Below are positions 8,122 to 17,928 of a stretch of 64,000 nt of DNA, piece after piece. The DNA comes from Candidatus Poribacteria bacterium (GTDB taxonomy: Bacteria; Poribacteria; WGA-4E; PCPOR2b). Under the pieces are notes generated by a model that saw only the letters and a program-made list of their open reading frames with translations, was not told where the DNA came from and searched no databases. The translations under genes and the position numbers were made by a program. The stretch is from assembly GCA_965198175.1 (NCBI GenBank), contig OZ240245.1, positions 1,824,001 to 1,888,000 on the forward strand, given 5' to 3'. Every line of letters starts with the position of its first letter. Position 1 is the first letter of the stretch.

Positions 8122-8919
8122 TCAGCGCAATATGTTTGCCTTGATGGCGCCCCAGATGGCAGCGGATTTCCCTTCTGGCTGGACTGCTGTCAGCAGTTGT
8201 TGGACACCCCCATCGAAGTGCATTTGGATTTCATCAGCGGTGAAGGCTCGTGTCGCGATTAGTGCTTCGTCAATGAGGCCGCTCATTGCAATGGGACCTT
8301 CCGCCCAACCGACAGTGACCGGTGCGTCGATGACAGGTGGAACGGGGAGATCGTTCTCTAACTGCGCGCTCTGTTCGCCATCGGTGTAAAACGTGTACGC
8401 GTTTCCCGCTCTAACGACAGCGACCTGATGCCATGTGTTAGGCTGCACATCCCAAAGGCCGGGTTCAAGCTGCATAGACCCGCCGTCGGCTGTATTGATA
8501 TGGAAGTTGACACTCTGACTGGCGCCTCTATTGTATCGGAGAATCCATTTGTTATGCGGTCCGCCGCCTTCATCTTGAGCCATGAACCCGTGTTGGTGAC
8601 CGACAGTATCTGTCATGTTGACCCACACAGCAAGCGTGAAGTCTGTACCAGACAGGCTCAGACTTTCATCATTTCCGGCATCCACATAGCCGACCGGCTC
8701 AAACTGTACGGCGTTACCAAATTTACCTGCTCCCCAACTCGCGTTCTCCATAAGGGTGCCGTGGTTTCCGTGAGGGGAAATGTCCATGGTGGTCTCGCCT
8801 TCGCCTTCTTCAAACGGCATGGCGAGCACAATATCTTCGCCGCCGGCTGCTCCGGACTCTCCAGCGCAGAAAACGGCGACCATAGCGGCAATCATAAAAG
8901 TCGAAACTAACGCTTTCAT
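8122..8919 (-). CDS. Secreted LamG-domain protein, subtype B, with WGAIKA tail
   Basis: Signal peptide, LamG motifs and AAGGAG RBS. Confidence 0.9.
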   Translation of the reverse strand: MKALVSTFMIAAMVAVFCAGESGAAGGEDIVLAMPFEEGEGETTMDISPHGNHGTLMENASWGAGKFGNAVQFEPVGYVDAGNDESLSLSGTDFTLAVWVNMTDTVGHQHGFMAQDEGGGPHNKWILRYNRGASQSVNFHINTADGGSMQLEPGLWDVQPNTWHQVAVVRAGNAYTFYTDGEQSAQLENDLPVPPVIDAPVTVGWAEGPIAMSGLIDEALIATRAFTADEIQMHFDGGVQQLLTAVQPEGKSAAIWGAIKANILR

Positions 8920-8957
8920 AGGTTATTGCTCCTTTATTGGGTTTGTATTGGGAAATC

Positions 8958-9803
8958 TCAGCGTAATATCTGCGCCTTGATGGCGCCCCAGACGGCGGCG
9001 GATTTCCCATGGGGCTGAACTGCCAACCCCAGCCCACGTTTGAGACCGCCTTGGAAGTGTGCTGTAATTTCATCGTCGGTGAAGGCTCGTTTCGCGATCA
9101 GGACTTCGTCAATGAGACCGTCCATCGCAATGTCTTCTTCCGCCCAGCCGATTGTGATGGGTGCGTCGATGAATTTTGAAAGGAAGTGATCATCCGCCAC
9201 ATTCGATCGTGACCTCGACCATGAAATTCGTCTGCCATCCAAGTATATTATTTTCTTTTCTTCCGCCATGCGCGGGAATCGGCGGCGCACCACAGCGATC
9301 TGATGCCAAGAATTCGGCTGCGCTTCCCCACCGAAGCCGGTAAAACTCTCCTTATGTCCATCGTCGAATACAATGCGTGTATGGAGGTTAAACATCGGAT
9401 GGCCGTAAAAACCGTATCCAAGAATCCACCTGTTCATGTCCCCGGCGCCTTCATCTTGAGCGATGAACGCGTGTCGGTTTCCGAAAAGCGTTTCTTTCAT
9501 GTTGGCCCACACGGCAATTGTGAAGTCTGATTTATACAGCTTCAGACTCCTACGATTACCGGCGTCCACATAACCCATTGGCTCGAACTTTACAGCGTTA
9601 CCAAATCTGCCAACTCCCCAACCCGCGTTCCCTTTGAGCCTGCCGTGGTTCTCGTGAGGAGAGAGGTCCTTTGCGGTCTCGCCTTCGCCTTCATCAAACG
9701 CCATGGCGAGCACGACGTCCTTGTCGACGGCTGCGTCGGCTTCTGCAGTGCAATACGCTGCGAACAATATGAAAAACAGTAAGGTGTAAACTAAGGCTTT
9801 CAT
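8958..9803 (-). CDS. Secreted LamG-domain protein, subtype A, with WGAIKA tail
   Basis: Signal peptide, LamG motifs and AAGGAGG RBS. Confidence 0.9.
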   Translation of the reverse strand: MKALVYTLLFFILFAAYCTAEADAAVDKDVVLAMAFDEGEGETAKDLSPHENHGRLKGNAGWGVGRFGNAVKFEPMGYVDAGNRRSLKLYKSDFTIAVWANMKETLFGNRHAFIAQDEGAGDMNRWILGYGFYGHPMFNLHTRIVFDDGHKESFTGFGGEAQPNSWHQIAVVRRRFPRMAEEKKIIYLDGRRISWSRSRSNVADDHFLSKFIDAPITIGWAEEDIAMDGLIDEVLIAKRAFTDDEITAHFQGGLKRGLGLAVQPHGKSAAVWGAIKAQILR

Positions 9804-9839
9804 CAGTTATTCCTCCTTCATAGGGCTGTTGTCGGAGAT

Positions 9840-10637
9840 CTAACGCAATGCCCTCGCCTTGATGGCGCCCCAGACGGCAGCGGATTTGCCTTGGGGCTGA
9901 ACTGCCAACACCTGTTGGACACCGCCGTCAAAGTGCGTTTTAATTTCATCAGGGGTAAAAGCTCGCTTCACAATCAGGGCTTCGTCGATAAGACCGTCGA
10001 GCGCAATAGGTCCTTCTGCCCAACCGACTGTCACCGGTGCGTCAATAAATTTTGGAACGGCGAGATCGCTCTCTAACTCCATATCCCGTTTGCCATTGAT
10101 GTAAAACGCGTACTTGTTTCCAGATCTAACTACAGCGACCTGATACCATGTATCGGGCTTGGCTTTCCAAACGCCGGGTTCAAGCTGCATAGACCCGCCG
10201 TCGGCTCTATGGATATGGAAATTGATGCTCTGAACCCCACCTTTATTGTATCGCAGCATCCATTTGTTATTCTGGGGCCCGCCGCCTTCATCCTGAGCCA
10301 TGAACCCGTGTTGGTGGGCGACAGTTTCCTTCATGTTGACCCATACGGCAAGTGTGAAGTCAGTGTCAAATAGACTCAGGCTTTCATCTTTACCAGCATC
10401 GACATAACCAACCGGTTCGACCTGTATGGCGTTACCAAACTTACCTATTCCCCAACCCGCGTTCTCCCTAAGCGTGCCGTGGTTGCGGTGAGGGGAGATG
10501 TCCATCGTGACCTCGCCTTCACCTTCATCAAAAGGCATGGCAAGCACTATGTCTCCGATGCCGGCTGCTACGGCTTCTGCCGAGCAGAAAGCGGTGACCC
10601 AAATGGTTATCAGTAAAGTCGAAACTAACGCTTTCAT
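9840..10637 (-). CDS. Secreted LamG-domain protein, subtype B, with WGAIKA tail
   Basis: Signal peptide and LamG motifs; starts 8 nt after the previous stop. Confidence 0.9.
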   Translation of the reverse strand: MKALVSTLLITIWVTAFCSAEAVAAGIGDIVLAMPFDEGEGEVTMDISPHRNHGTLRENAGWGIGKFGNAIQVEPVGYVDAGKDESLSLFDTDFTLAVWVNMKETVAHQHGFMAQDEGGGPQNNKWMLRYNKGGVQSINFHIHRADGGSMQLEPGVWKAKPDTWYQVAVVRSGNKYAFYINGKRDMELESDLAVPKFIDAPVTVGWAEGPIALDGLIDEALIVKRAFTPDEIKTHFDGGVQQVLAVQPQGKSAAVWGAIKARALR

Positions 10638-10645
10638 TGGAAATC

Positions 10646-11443
10646 TTAACGCAATATCTGCGCCTTGATGGCGCCCCAGACGGCAGCAGATTTCCCTTCG
10701 GGCTGAACTGCCAACACCTGTTTGACGCCACCTTCAAAGTGTGTTTTGATTTCATCCTCGGTGAAGGCTCGCGTTGCGATTAGGGCTTCGTCGATACGAC
10801 CGTCGAGCGCAATGGGTCCTTCCGCCCAGCCGACTGTGACCGGTGCGTCGATGAATTCCGGGACGGCGACATTGCTCTCTAACTGCCCATCTGGTTTGCC
10901 ATCGGTGTAAAACGTATACTTATTCCCGTCTCGGACCACAGCGGCCTGATACCATGTATTGGGCTTGGTTTTCCAAACGCCGGGTTCAAGTTGATTAACG
11001 CCTGCGGCGTCGGCTCTATTGATATGGAAGTTGATGCTCTGACCGCCGCCTTTGTTGTATCGAAAAATCCATTTGTTCGTGGGGCCCCCGCCTTCATCCT
11101 GAGCCATGAACCCGTGTTGGTGGACGACGGTATCTTTCATGTTGACCCACACGGCAAGCGTGAAATCCGTTCTAAACAGACTCAAACTTCTATCGTTTCC
11201 GGCATCTACATAGCCAACCGGTTCAATGATTATGCCGTTGCCAAATTTACCTTTACCCCATTTAGCGTTCTGCATGAGGGTGCCGTGGTTACCGTGGGGA
11301 GAGAGGTCTTTGGTGGTTTCGCCTGCGCCTTCGTCGAAGGACATGGCAAGCACTATGTCTTCGTCGACGACTGCTTCGACTTCTCCAGCGTAGAACGCCG
11401 CGACCAGAATGGTAATCAGTAAGGTAGAAATTAAGGTTTTCAT
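10646..11443 (-). CDS. Secreted LamG-domain protein, subtype B, with WGAIKA tail
   Basis: Signal peptide, LamG motifs and GAGG RBS. Confidence 0.9.
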   Translation of the reverse strand: MKTLISTLLITILVAAFYAGEVEAVVDEDIVLAMSFDEGAGETTKDLSPHGNHGTLMQNAKWGKGKFGNGIIIEPVGYVDAGNDRSLSLFRTDFTLAVWVNMKDTVVHQHGFMAQDEGGGPTNKWIFRYNKGGGQSINFHINRADAAGVNQLEPGVWKTKPNTWYQAAVVRDGNKYTFYTDGKPDGQLESNVAVPEFIDAPVTVGWAEGPIALDGRIDEALIATRAFTEDEIKTHFEGGVKQVLAVQPEGKSAAVWGAIKAQILR

Positions 11444-11497
11444 GATTTGTTCCTCTCTTTCATAGCGTAAGGGGTAATTCTGTACAGATGGTGCGCA

Positions 11498-12487
11498 CTA
11501 ACTACCTTGGGCATTGAGATACCGGTGCGCGGTAAGTATGATGTTTGTGTTGTTACCGCTGTTGTCCTCCCATGCGAAGTCTTCCAGCGGTGGATGGACT
11601 TCAATTACGTTTTGGCGGGCTCCCGGATCTAGGATTACCGCCTTGTTGACACCTTCATAAGTCCACGTGCCCATGATTACGTACCATTTCCCGTGCGTCG
11701 CCGCGGTCCGAATAGAGAGGGAATCGGGGATGCTCGCGTCGACATTTACATTCCACACATTGTCATCGACGCCTTTTCCGAGTTCCTGGATACCTATGTT
11801 GCATATCCGGATGTAGCTGAACCAGAACCAGTTGGTATCACATTTTGCGATTGCATCGCTGACATACACGCCGGTATCGAAGCCCATGATGTCGGTGCCT
11901 TCGAACCGATTGCAGCAGACGCCCGACTGGGTAGAATTGAGGTATAGCCCTGTTCCACTCTGTTCACTTCCTAGCAGACCGGTAAAGCTGAGAAAACTCA
12001 TGAGCGCTGGCATCTCTGCGGTGGGTTTCACTAGGATTGCAGCGCCGGTCGAATGGGTCTCGATAGTGCCGAAGTAGTATCGGCAGCGATTCATCCCGGT
12101 GACGACGACTGCATCGCCTTCCGAGGGTATGTAGTGGAAATATGTTCCCTCTGCCTGAATGGCAACATCTGCGGCGTCGGGGATAGTCAGCGTCTCTCCC
12201 AAATAGTAGTCTCCGGGAAGCCATTCAACCGAGTGCCTGCCGTAACACTCGACGCCCGCCTGTATTGCAGGGGCAGTGTCTACCTTAGTTGGGAATCGGT
12301 TCGCCTGAGTTACGGAGGCGAGTAGCTTGACCTCGTCGTTAGTTCCGTCACAGATGTAGTCTGCACGGTCTTTTGATTCAGTTGAAGAATTTGAAGCGGC
12401 GACGATGATGGAAGCCGCCTGACTCGCCGACGCCGAAACCAACACCAGCACAGCCGCTGCAGCTAGTATTTCAAGAATCATATTCAC
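11498..12487 (-). CDS. Exported protein, probable right-handed beta-helix (pectin lyase-like) fold
   Basis: Signal peptide; IVAASNS...ADYICDGTND and LPGDYYL motifs typical of beta-helix N-caps. Confidence 0.6.
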   Translation of the reverse strand: MNMILEILAAAAVLVLVSASASQAASIIVAASNSSTESKDRADYICDGTNDEVKLLASVTQANRFPTKVDTAPAIQAGVECYGRHSVEWLPGDYYLGETLTIPDAADVAIQAEGTYFHYIPSEGDAVVVTGMNRCRYYFGTIETHSTGAAILVKPTAEMPALMSFLSFTGLLGSEQSGTGLYLNSTQSGVCCNRFEGTDIMGFDTGVYVSDAIAKCDTNWFWFSYIRICNIGIQELGKGVDDNVWNVNVDASIPDSLSIRTAATHGKWYVIMGTWTYEGVNKAVILDPGARQNVIEVHPPLEDFAWEDNSGNNTNIILTAHRYLNAQGS

Positions 12488-12589
12488 CCTTTCTCAAGAA
12501 TAACGAATTCATTTCAAGTTGAGCGAGCTACTTCGCTCAAGGTCAGATATTGAAAACCTCCAGACTGATGTGTGCGACGAACGCAGCGG

Positions 12590-13651
12590 TTAATTGTTTC
12601 TGGAAGCGCGTCCCATAGCGTCCGTTTGAACGATTGCGTCATGCACCATGTCGGCATCTATTGATAATGGAGTATAGTATATCGAGCTGCCTGGCTCCAT
12701 AGTGAATTCCACGCCGGCGTCAATCATCGCTTTATCCACGGCGACGAGCCGTCTATCGTCGAGGGCGACTGGAAGGTCGACCGCATTGTAGAATGCGAGC
12801 ATATCATTGATGAATTCGTTTGAACGCCCCTCTAGAACCAGCTGTACAATCGTGAACCAAGCGACCGCTTCGCCGTGGAGCGTGCCGGTTTCGCGGAATC
12901 CGTCGACAAGTTTGAATCCGTTCCATAGACCGTGTGCAATAGATAGCCCGCAGTTTTCGTATCCCACTCCGCTCAAGAGGGTATTTGCTTCAACGACTTT
13001 TTCGAAAGCCTCGGACAGGCGCCCCTCCTCGTTACAGCGCTTCGCCTCAATCCCGTGTTCCATTACGATGTCATAGCACAGTTTCGCGGCTGCGAATGCT
13101 AACTCTGTGGCACGCCCTTCTCGAAAATTTGGCGCGGACGATTTGATGCATGCCTCCGCCTCAAAGGGAGTTGAGAGCGCGTCGCCCATCCCGGAAACGG
13201 TGTATCGGACTGGGCTTTTCACGATAATCTCTGTATCAACGATGACCAGATAGGGACCGCCCGCGCAGGGCGCGTCTGTTGAGGCGACCGTCGGCACCTG
13301 GACAAGCCGAAGTCCTCTGCTATGGGCAATACCTTTTGAGGTGTCTAGCGCTTGACCGCCGCCGATTCCGATCACGACATTGACACCAGATTCATCAGCG
13401 ACGTTCGCCAACCGCTCAATCTCATCGTCGGTATGCTTCCCTCGGAACGAATTAACAACAGTGTCAACATTATGTTCTTTCAGACTGTCGGATATCGCAA
13501 CCTGAGTCAGGGACAACGCCGTGGGTCCGCCCATGAGGAGGGCTTTGTCTCCCAGACCCGCGGTGAATTTTCCTATCTCATGAATTGCCCCCGGACCCTG
13601 TATGTATCTTCCGCGCATTTCAAGGGTGTAGTGCATAACGTTTTCCTCCAT
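12590..13651 (-). CDS. gldA: Glycerol dehydrogenase-like metal-dependent alcohol dehydrogenase
   Basis: GIGGGQALD, VPTVASTDAP, GMGDALS, SIAHG and LHGEAV motifs. Confidence 0.8.
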   Translation of the reverse strand: MEENVMHYTLEMRGRYIQGPGAIHEIGKFTAGLGDKALLMGGPTALSLTQVAISDSLKEHNVDTVVNSFRGKHTDDEIERLANVADESGVNVVIGIGGGQALDTSKGIAHSRGLRLVQVPTVASTDAPCAGGPYLVIVDTEIIVKSPVRYTVSGMGDALSTPFEAEACIKSSAPNFREGRATELAFAAAKLCYDIVMEHGIEAKRCNEEGRLSEAFEKVVEANTLLSGVGYENCGLSIAHGLWNGFKLVDGFRETGTLHGEAVAWFTIVQLVLEGRSNEFINDMLAFYNAVDLPVALDDRRLVAVDKAMIDAGVEFTMEPGSSIYYTPLSIDADMVHDAIVQTDAMGRASRNN

Positions 13652-13882
13652 CGGATTGAAAGGGGGTGTCGAGCGCCAAAACTAGTAAAGACTATCGCGC
13701 TCCTTATCCAGTCGCTTGATCGCTCCTTATTTTGTTGGAAATGAAGATTCTAATTGGGGGTTCCCAATTCTATTCCATCTACCCGACTCGAATATTTCAC
13801 CATCTTATCACAGCATGAAAAAAAACGCAACAAGAATTTGGCGTTCTCTCAGCGGGTTGATTTGTTGGAAATAAGTTTCGCC

Positions 13883-15811
13883 TTACCGCGTCCAGATGGC
13901 GTACATCGGGGTCCGCAGCGCAATGCCGGTGAGGCTCCAGATACCGCCGACGACAAAATCGCCAAGAATGAGTCCAGCAAAAAATGGGATTGCGCTCCGG
14001 TAGACCCGCAAACCGCCGTGCCTCAATAGCAGGGACTTGACCACCCAAGCGAAGAGTACGGGAAGCCAAATGAAGGACATATCGCCCCAGTTGCCTGTCC
14101 CAATTACATAGCCAATGGGATGAAGGGGCCACCACAGAAACCTTAGCTTCAAAGCAGACAGAAGCATCGTCACGCCGAAACCCGTGCCCATGGCAATCAT
14201 AGCGAAACTGTCCACGTCTGTTGGGTTGCTGAGTCGGCTTTCCAACAGGTTGAAGTTCTGCCAACCGATTCCGACCGTATGGAACGCCCCGGCGCCGCCG
14301 ATATCATATGCCATGCCGAGATATACGAGAAACGTCGCCGGGATGCCGACTCCGAGCGCGATGAGCATCGCCCATAGCAGCCTTCGATTGTTGATTCCGC
14401 CTTGTCGTCCGATGTGAAAGGCTTCGAGTTGGTTCGGCATTGGGTGCGCGGTGTTGACGCGGTTCAGCCAGAAAAAAAAGGACAGTACCGTCAAATTCCG
14501 CGCACCAATCGTCCGCGTACCGAGCGCAGCGACCATTGTGCTCGCGGGGTCTTTCCCGATAGTTTCGTGCAGCGGGGGACCGAGTCCTGCGCGTACCTTT
14601 GTTAAACCGATAGCCATCAGGAAGTAGAAGCCAAAAAAGAGCAGCGCCGCCCAGAGAGAAACGCCGGCTTGGCACGCAAATAATGCGATGAAGATGAGTC
14701 CGGCGACGATTCCGTATAGTGCCCATTTGTACGCCATCGGTTCGGCTAAATCATCAGTCGATTGCCCTCTTCCAAGCGCTTGTGTGAACACCCCTTTCAA
14801 ATGTCTTCGCCCCACCCATAAAGCGAGGATTCCTAATCCGATCCAGGCGCCCTGCGCCTGCTCATCAAGGTAGAAGCCGGTGTGCCAGCCCAAAACTCGC
14901 CTCCCTACGAGTAACGCTTTCCCAAGAAAATAAAAGAACAGCGCGGAGAATGACAGGTCGAGCGGCATAAAAAAGGAGAGGCCAACTATGAAAGGATTGA
15001 ATGAGAGAAGCATCGTTCCGAGCGCATCCCAGGGTTCGTCGTGGAACAGGTGGATATTGTCCCAGGGCTTGATTGGAATATATGGGAAGGCGGGGTACAG
15101 ATAGCTTACGCCGTTGAGAAATTCAATTCCTCCAGCCACGCCAAAGCCAATCCACATCAACCTGTTCTTGAAGAACCCTTCCGGATTCTTCCCAATCTCC
15201 AGGGGCAACCGGGCAATGGGATAGCTCAACCTTTCATGTTCCGAGAACTGCCGTCTGAGAACGGCGTTCATGCAGATTAGAACGAAGTAGAGAAAAAACA
15301 CAAAAGCCGACCAAACGAGGAACGGCACCAGCCAGTTGTAGATATTGGGTGCGGTCAGGAAAACGGATTCGCCCTCATAAAAACCTTTTAGTACAGATCT
15401 ATCCCGAACGTTAAACCATTGGGGGATGTACCCGCCAAAAAGTCGGCTCCAGTCGTTCTCTGCGTTGGCAAACCAGAACGGGTGCGCGACGATATAGACG
15501 AGATAGCCCATGTTTGTGTTGCCACCTACGGTCGAAACCATTAGCACCATGACATAGATGACGAGGGCTTCCGATTCGTGCAGGGCGTATCGGGGTAGGA
15601 TTCGTTTCAGAAGAAGGTGCAAGAGCACCACGACCGCAAACAGAGTGAATACTGTGTTGGCGAACAGCGACATGTAGGTGTGCAAAAGCCCTCGCCATAT
15701 GACATGATTCAGCCAGTAGGCGTTTAGGACAACCAAGACCGCACCGATGACTACTGCCCGGGGCGTAACACCGCTCGGGGTGCCGGCTGTGAGTTGGGGT
15801 GATGTTTTCAT
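13883..15811 (-). CDS. Polytopic membrane protein, DUF6785/DUF6784-like putative transporter
   Basis: Many TM helices; ERLSYPIARLP, HPMPNQLE and WWPLHPIGY motifs. Confidence 0.75.
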   Translation of the reverse strand: MKTSPQLTAGTPSGVTPRAVVIGAVLVVLNAYWLNHVIWRGLLHTYMSLFANTVFTLFAVVVLLHLLLKRILPRYALHESEALVIYVMVLMVSTVGGNTNMGYLVYIVAHPFWFANAENDWSRLFGGYIPQWFNVRDRSVLKGFYEGESVFLTAPNIYNWLVPFLVWSAFVFFLYFVLICMNAVLRRQFSEHERLSYPIARLPLEIGKNPEGFFKNRLMWIGFGVAGGIEFLNGVSYLYPAFPYIPIKPWDNIHLFHDEPWDALGTMLLSFNPFIVGLSFFMPLDLSFSALFFYFLGKALLVGRRVLGWHTGFYLDEQAQGAWIGLGILALWVGRRHLKGVFTQALGRGQSTDDLAEPMAYKWALYGIVAGLIFIALFACQAGVSLWAALLFFGFYFLMAIGLTKVRAGLGPPLHETIGKDPASTMVAALGTRTIGARNLTVLSFFFWLNRVNTAHPMPNQLEAFHIGRQGGINNRRLLWAMLIALGVGIPATFLVYLGMAYDIGGAGAFHTVGIGWQNFNLLESRLSNPTDVDSFAMIAMGTGFGVTMLLSALKLRFLWWPLHPIGYVIGTGNWGDMSFIWLPVLFAWVVKSLLLRHGGLRVYRSAIPFFAGLILGDFVVGGIWSLTGIALRTPMYAIWTR

Positions 15812-15916
15812 GATTCAGAAATTGAATGGTGGGTAGGCAAAATGTGTTCGATTCAGGCGATTTGGATATTCACTGGATCCGAGCAACGTTGGAAAAGCAC
15901 GGTCCGAGATGTACAG

Positions 15917-15944
15917 ATTATAACGGTTTTGAGACTTGTGTCAA
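15917..15944 (-). promoter_or_regulatory. sigma70 promoter for the membrane protein gene
   Basis: TTGACA-16 nt-TATAAT on the minus strand. Confidence 0.7.
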
Positions 15945-15992
15945 CAACAAATGACGGAACCTGAATCGTCCGATACGCTATTCACAATTTGC

Positions 15993-16021
15993 TTGACTTC
16001 AATCATGATTTGATGTAGGAT
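15993..16021 (+). promoter_or_regulatory. Divergent sigma70 promoter with palindromic spacer
   Basis: TTGACT-17 nt-TAGGAT; AATCATGATT palindrome at 16001-16010. Confidence 0.5.
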
Positions 16022-16118
16022 TGCAGTAATCAACAGATTCCTCTATCATAAAAGACTATCGAGCGATTTTACAATTTGAGGAGTTGTTGCGTCCCTTGTT
16101 AGGAAATCGACACTAATC

Positions 16119-16913
16119 ATGCATGAACACCCAATATTTGCACCGGATCAGCAGGAAGAGGTGCTGGACTTTTTCCAGCGGAACAACTATGCGGTCACAT
16201 CGGATGCGCTCACGTCCGATGAAGTGGATTTTCTCAATGACTTTGTGGAGGGAAGTAAGCAGCGGATACCGGAAGAATGGGGTATTGGCACCCGCGATAT
16301 TCACGACCACGGACAAATCCTCGTCGAACACCCGCAGCTAGACGACTTTGTCCAGCATCCAACCACCTTTCCACTCGTGGAGGCAATCCTCGGTGAAGAT
16401 GTGCGGTTTGCTCAGTTCGATTTTCGAGAGTTGCCGGATGGCGATGGAAGGAATCCCATGCGGTTCCATCAGGACCATTCCTACCTTACCCGCCAAAACT
16501 GGGATCCAAATCACGCTTACCAGTGCCGCTATCTGTGCCGCATCTTCTACCTGACCGATGTAACTGAAGAGACGCCCTGTTTCTCTGTTGTTCCGAACAG
16601 CCACCCTTACGCCACGGCGGAGGAGGCGAAATTGGAGATGGCTGCCTATCGAGAAATTCCAATCCGAGGCGCCGCAGGCACTGCTATTCTTTACAACATC
16701 GCAATCTATCATGGGCGGTTCGCTGGGATGACCGATGCAGGCAGGCGCACACAACACACCTATTATAGCCGCGAGGCAAGTCCTGTTTTGACGGAGTGGG
16801 TACTGATTCCAAAACGGCTTGCACAGCATCCGGATTCGGCGCAGCGCGCCTTTTACAGTCAATGGACACCTGCGACTCAGAGATACGCCGACTCCGGCTT
16901 CAAACAAGATTGA
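16119..16913 (+). CDS. PhyH-family Fe/2OG dioxygenase
   Basis: FHQD, VVPNSH and GTAILYNIAIYH motifs. Confidence 0.88.
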   Translation: MHEHPIFAPDQQEEVLDFFQRNNYAVTSDALTSDEVDFLNDFVEGSKQRIPEEWGIGTRDIHDHGQILVEHPQLDDFVQHPTTFPLVEAILGEDVRFAQFDFRELPDGDGRNPMRFHQDHSYLTRQNWDPNHAYQCRYLCRIFYLTDVTEETPCFSVVPNSHPYATAEEAKLEMAAYREIPIRGAAGTAILYNIAIYHGRFAGMTDAGRRTQHTYYSREASPVLTEWVLIPKRLAQHPDSAQRAFYSQWTPATQRYADSGFKQD

Positions 16914-17023
16914 CCTAAGCCAAGAGAATCCGACGTTTACCCATCGGATTTGCACCTAACGAACCGGTCAACAATCTCTAGGTTTAACCCTCCCGATAAC
17001 ATAAACATGAAGGAGTATCGCAA

Positions 17024-17872
17024 ATGTGGAAACTTTGTCTTGGAATAAACGGCTTCGCCGTGGTAGGTCCTATCCACAACGTCAAAGTCACGTATGAAGA
17101 AGTGCTTGAACACGCGGCAGAGCTCGGTTATGATGGTATCGAACTTGACGGCAGGGACGGGGCTGGAATTGCGCCTTATCCTGACGTTCACGATGCGGTG
17201 GCTGTCGCTGCTTATGCGCGGAAGGTCACTTCGTACGGATTGGAAGTGGTGGGCATCCAGGCAGGAGTGACACGGGGCGAAATTGGTTCCCCCGATCAAT
17301 CGAGTCGATTGGAGTGGGGTCAATGCGCAGTTGAACAGGTGGAGTTCTGCCACGCGATGGGTGGGGTTCAATGCGGTTTTTGGCCCGCAATGAAACAACC
17401 CGACCTTCCGCAGGAGGAAGTTGTGTCTCGAATGTCTGAAGCTCTCCGTCCTGTTGCCGCGCGGGCGGAGGAGCTCGGATTGATGACGACGATTGAGCCG
17501 GAGGCTATCCAACTTGCGTACAACTACGCGCTCGCCGCGCGGGTAGTTGACGCTGTGGGCTCACCCAACTTTCGTCTGATTTACGACTGCGGCCATGCGC
17601 AGATGCTTGACGGGGACGCGCTCGAAGCGGTCACGAGGTATGCTGGCTACATTGGTCATGTGCACTTCTGCGACTCAGATGACAGCAACTTTCAAAATGT
17701 TGCGAGGCATCTCGGTACTGGCGAGGGTACTCTTGACCTTAACGCAATCCTCAATGCACTGCGTGACGTTGGATATGACCGGTGGGTTCAGGCGGATGTG
17801 TGGGGCCACCCGGAGCCGTTTCGGGCGTCTCGACTGTTAAAAGGTACACTTGATGCGTTTCTAGCGGCATGA
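17024..17872 (+). CDS. Sugar phosphate isomerase/epimerase (xylose isomerase-like TIM barrel)
   Basis: GYDGIEL, IEPE, YDCGH and HVHFCD motifs; AAGGAG RBS. Confidence 0.88.
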   Translation: MWKLCLGINGFAVVGPIHNVKVTYEEVLEHAAELGYDGIELDGRDGAGIAPYPDVHDAVAVAAYARKVTSYGLEVVGIQAGVTRGEIGSPDQSSRLEWGQCAVEQVEFCHAMGGVQCGFWPAMKQPDLPQEEVVSRMSEALRPVAARAEELGLMTTIEPEAIQLAYNYALAARVVDAVGSPNFRLIYDCGHAQMLDGDALEAVTRYAGYIGHVHFCDSDDSNFQNVARHLGTGEGTLDLNAILNALRDVGYDRWVQADVWGHPEPFRASRLLKGTLDAFLAA

Positions 17873-17928
17873 AATGCGTCAATCCCTCGCAAAACCTTTG
17901 AACGACTGGGGCTATCGGCGAACAGATT

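Noticed and set aside
6923..11443. Diversity-generating retroelement acting on the LamG genes
   Set aside because: No reverse transcriptase and no TR/VR pair with adenine-specific differences seen; divergence includes indels.
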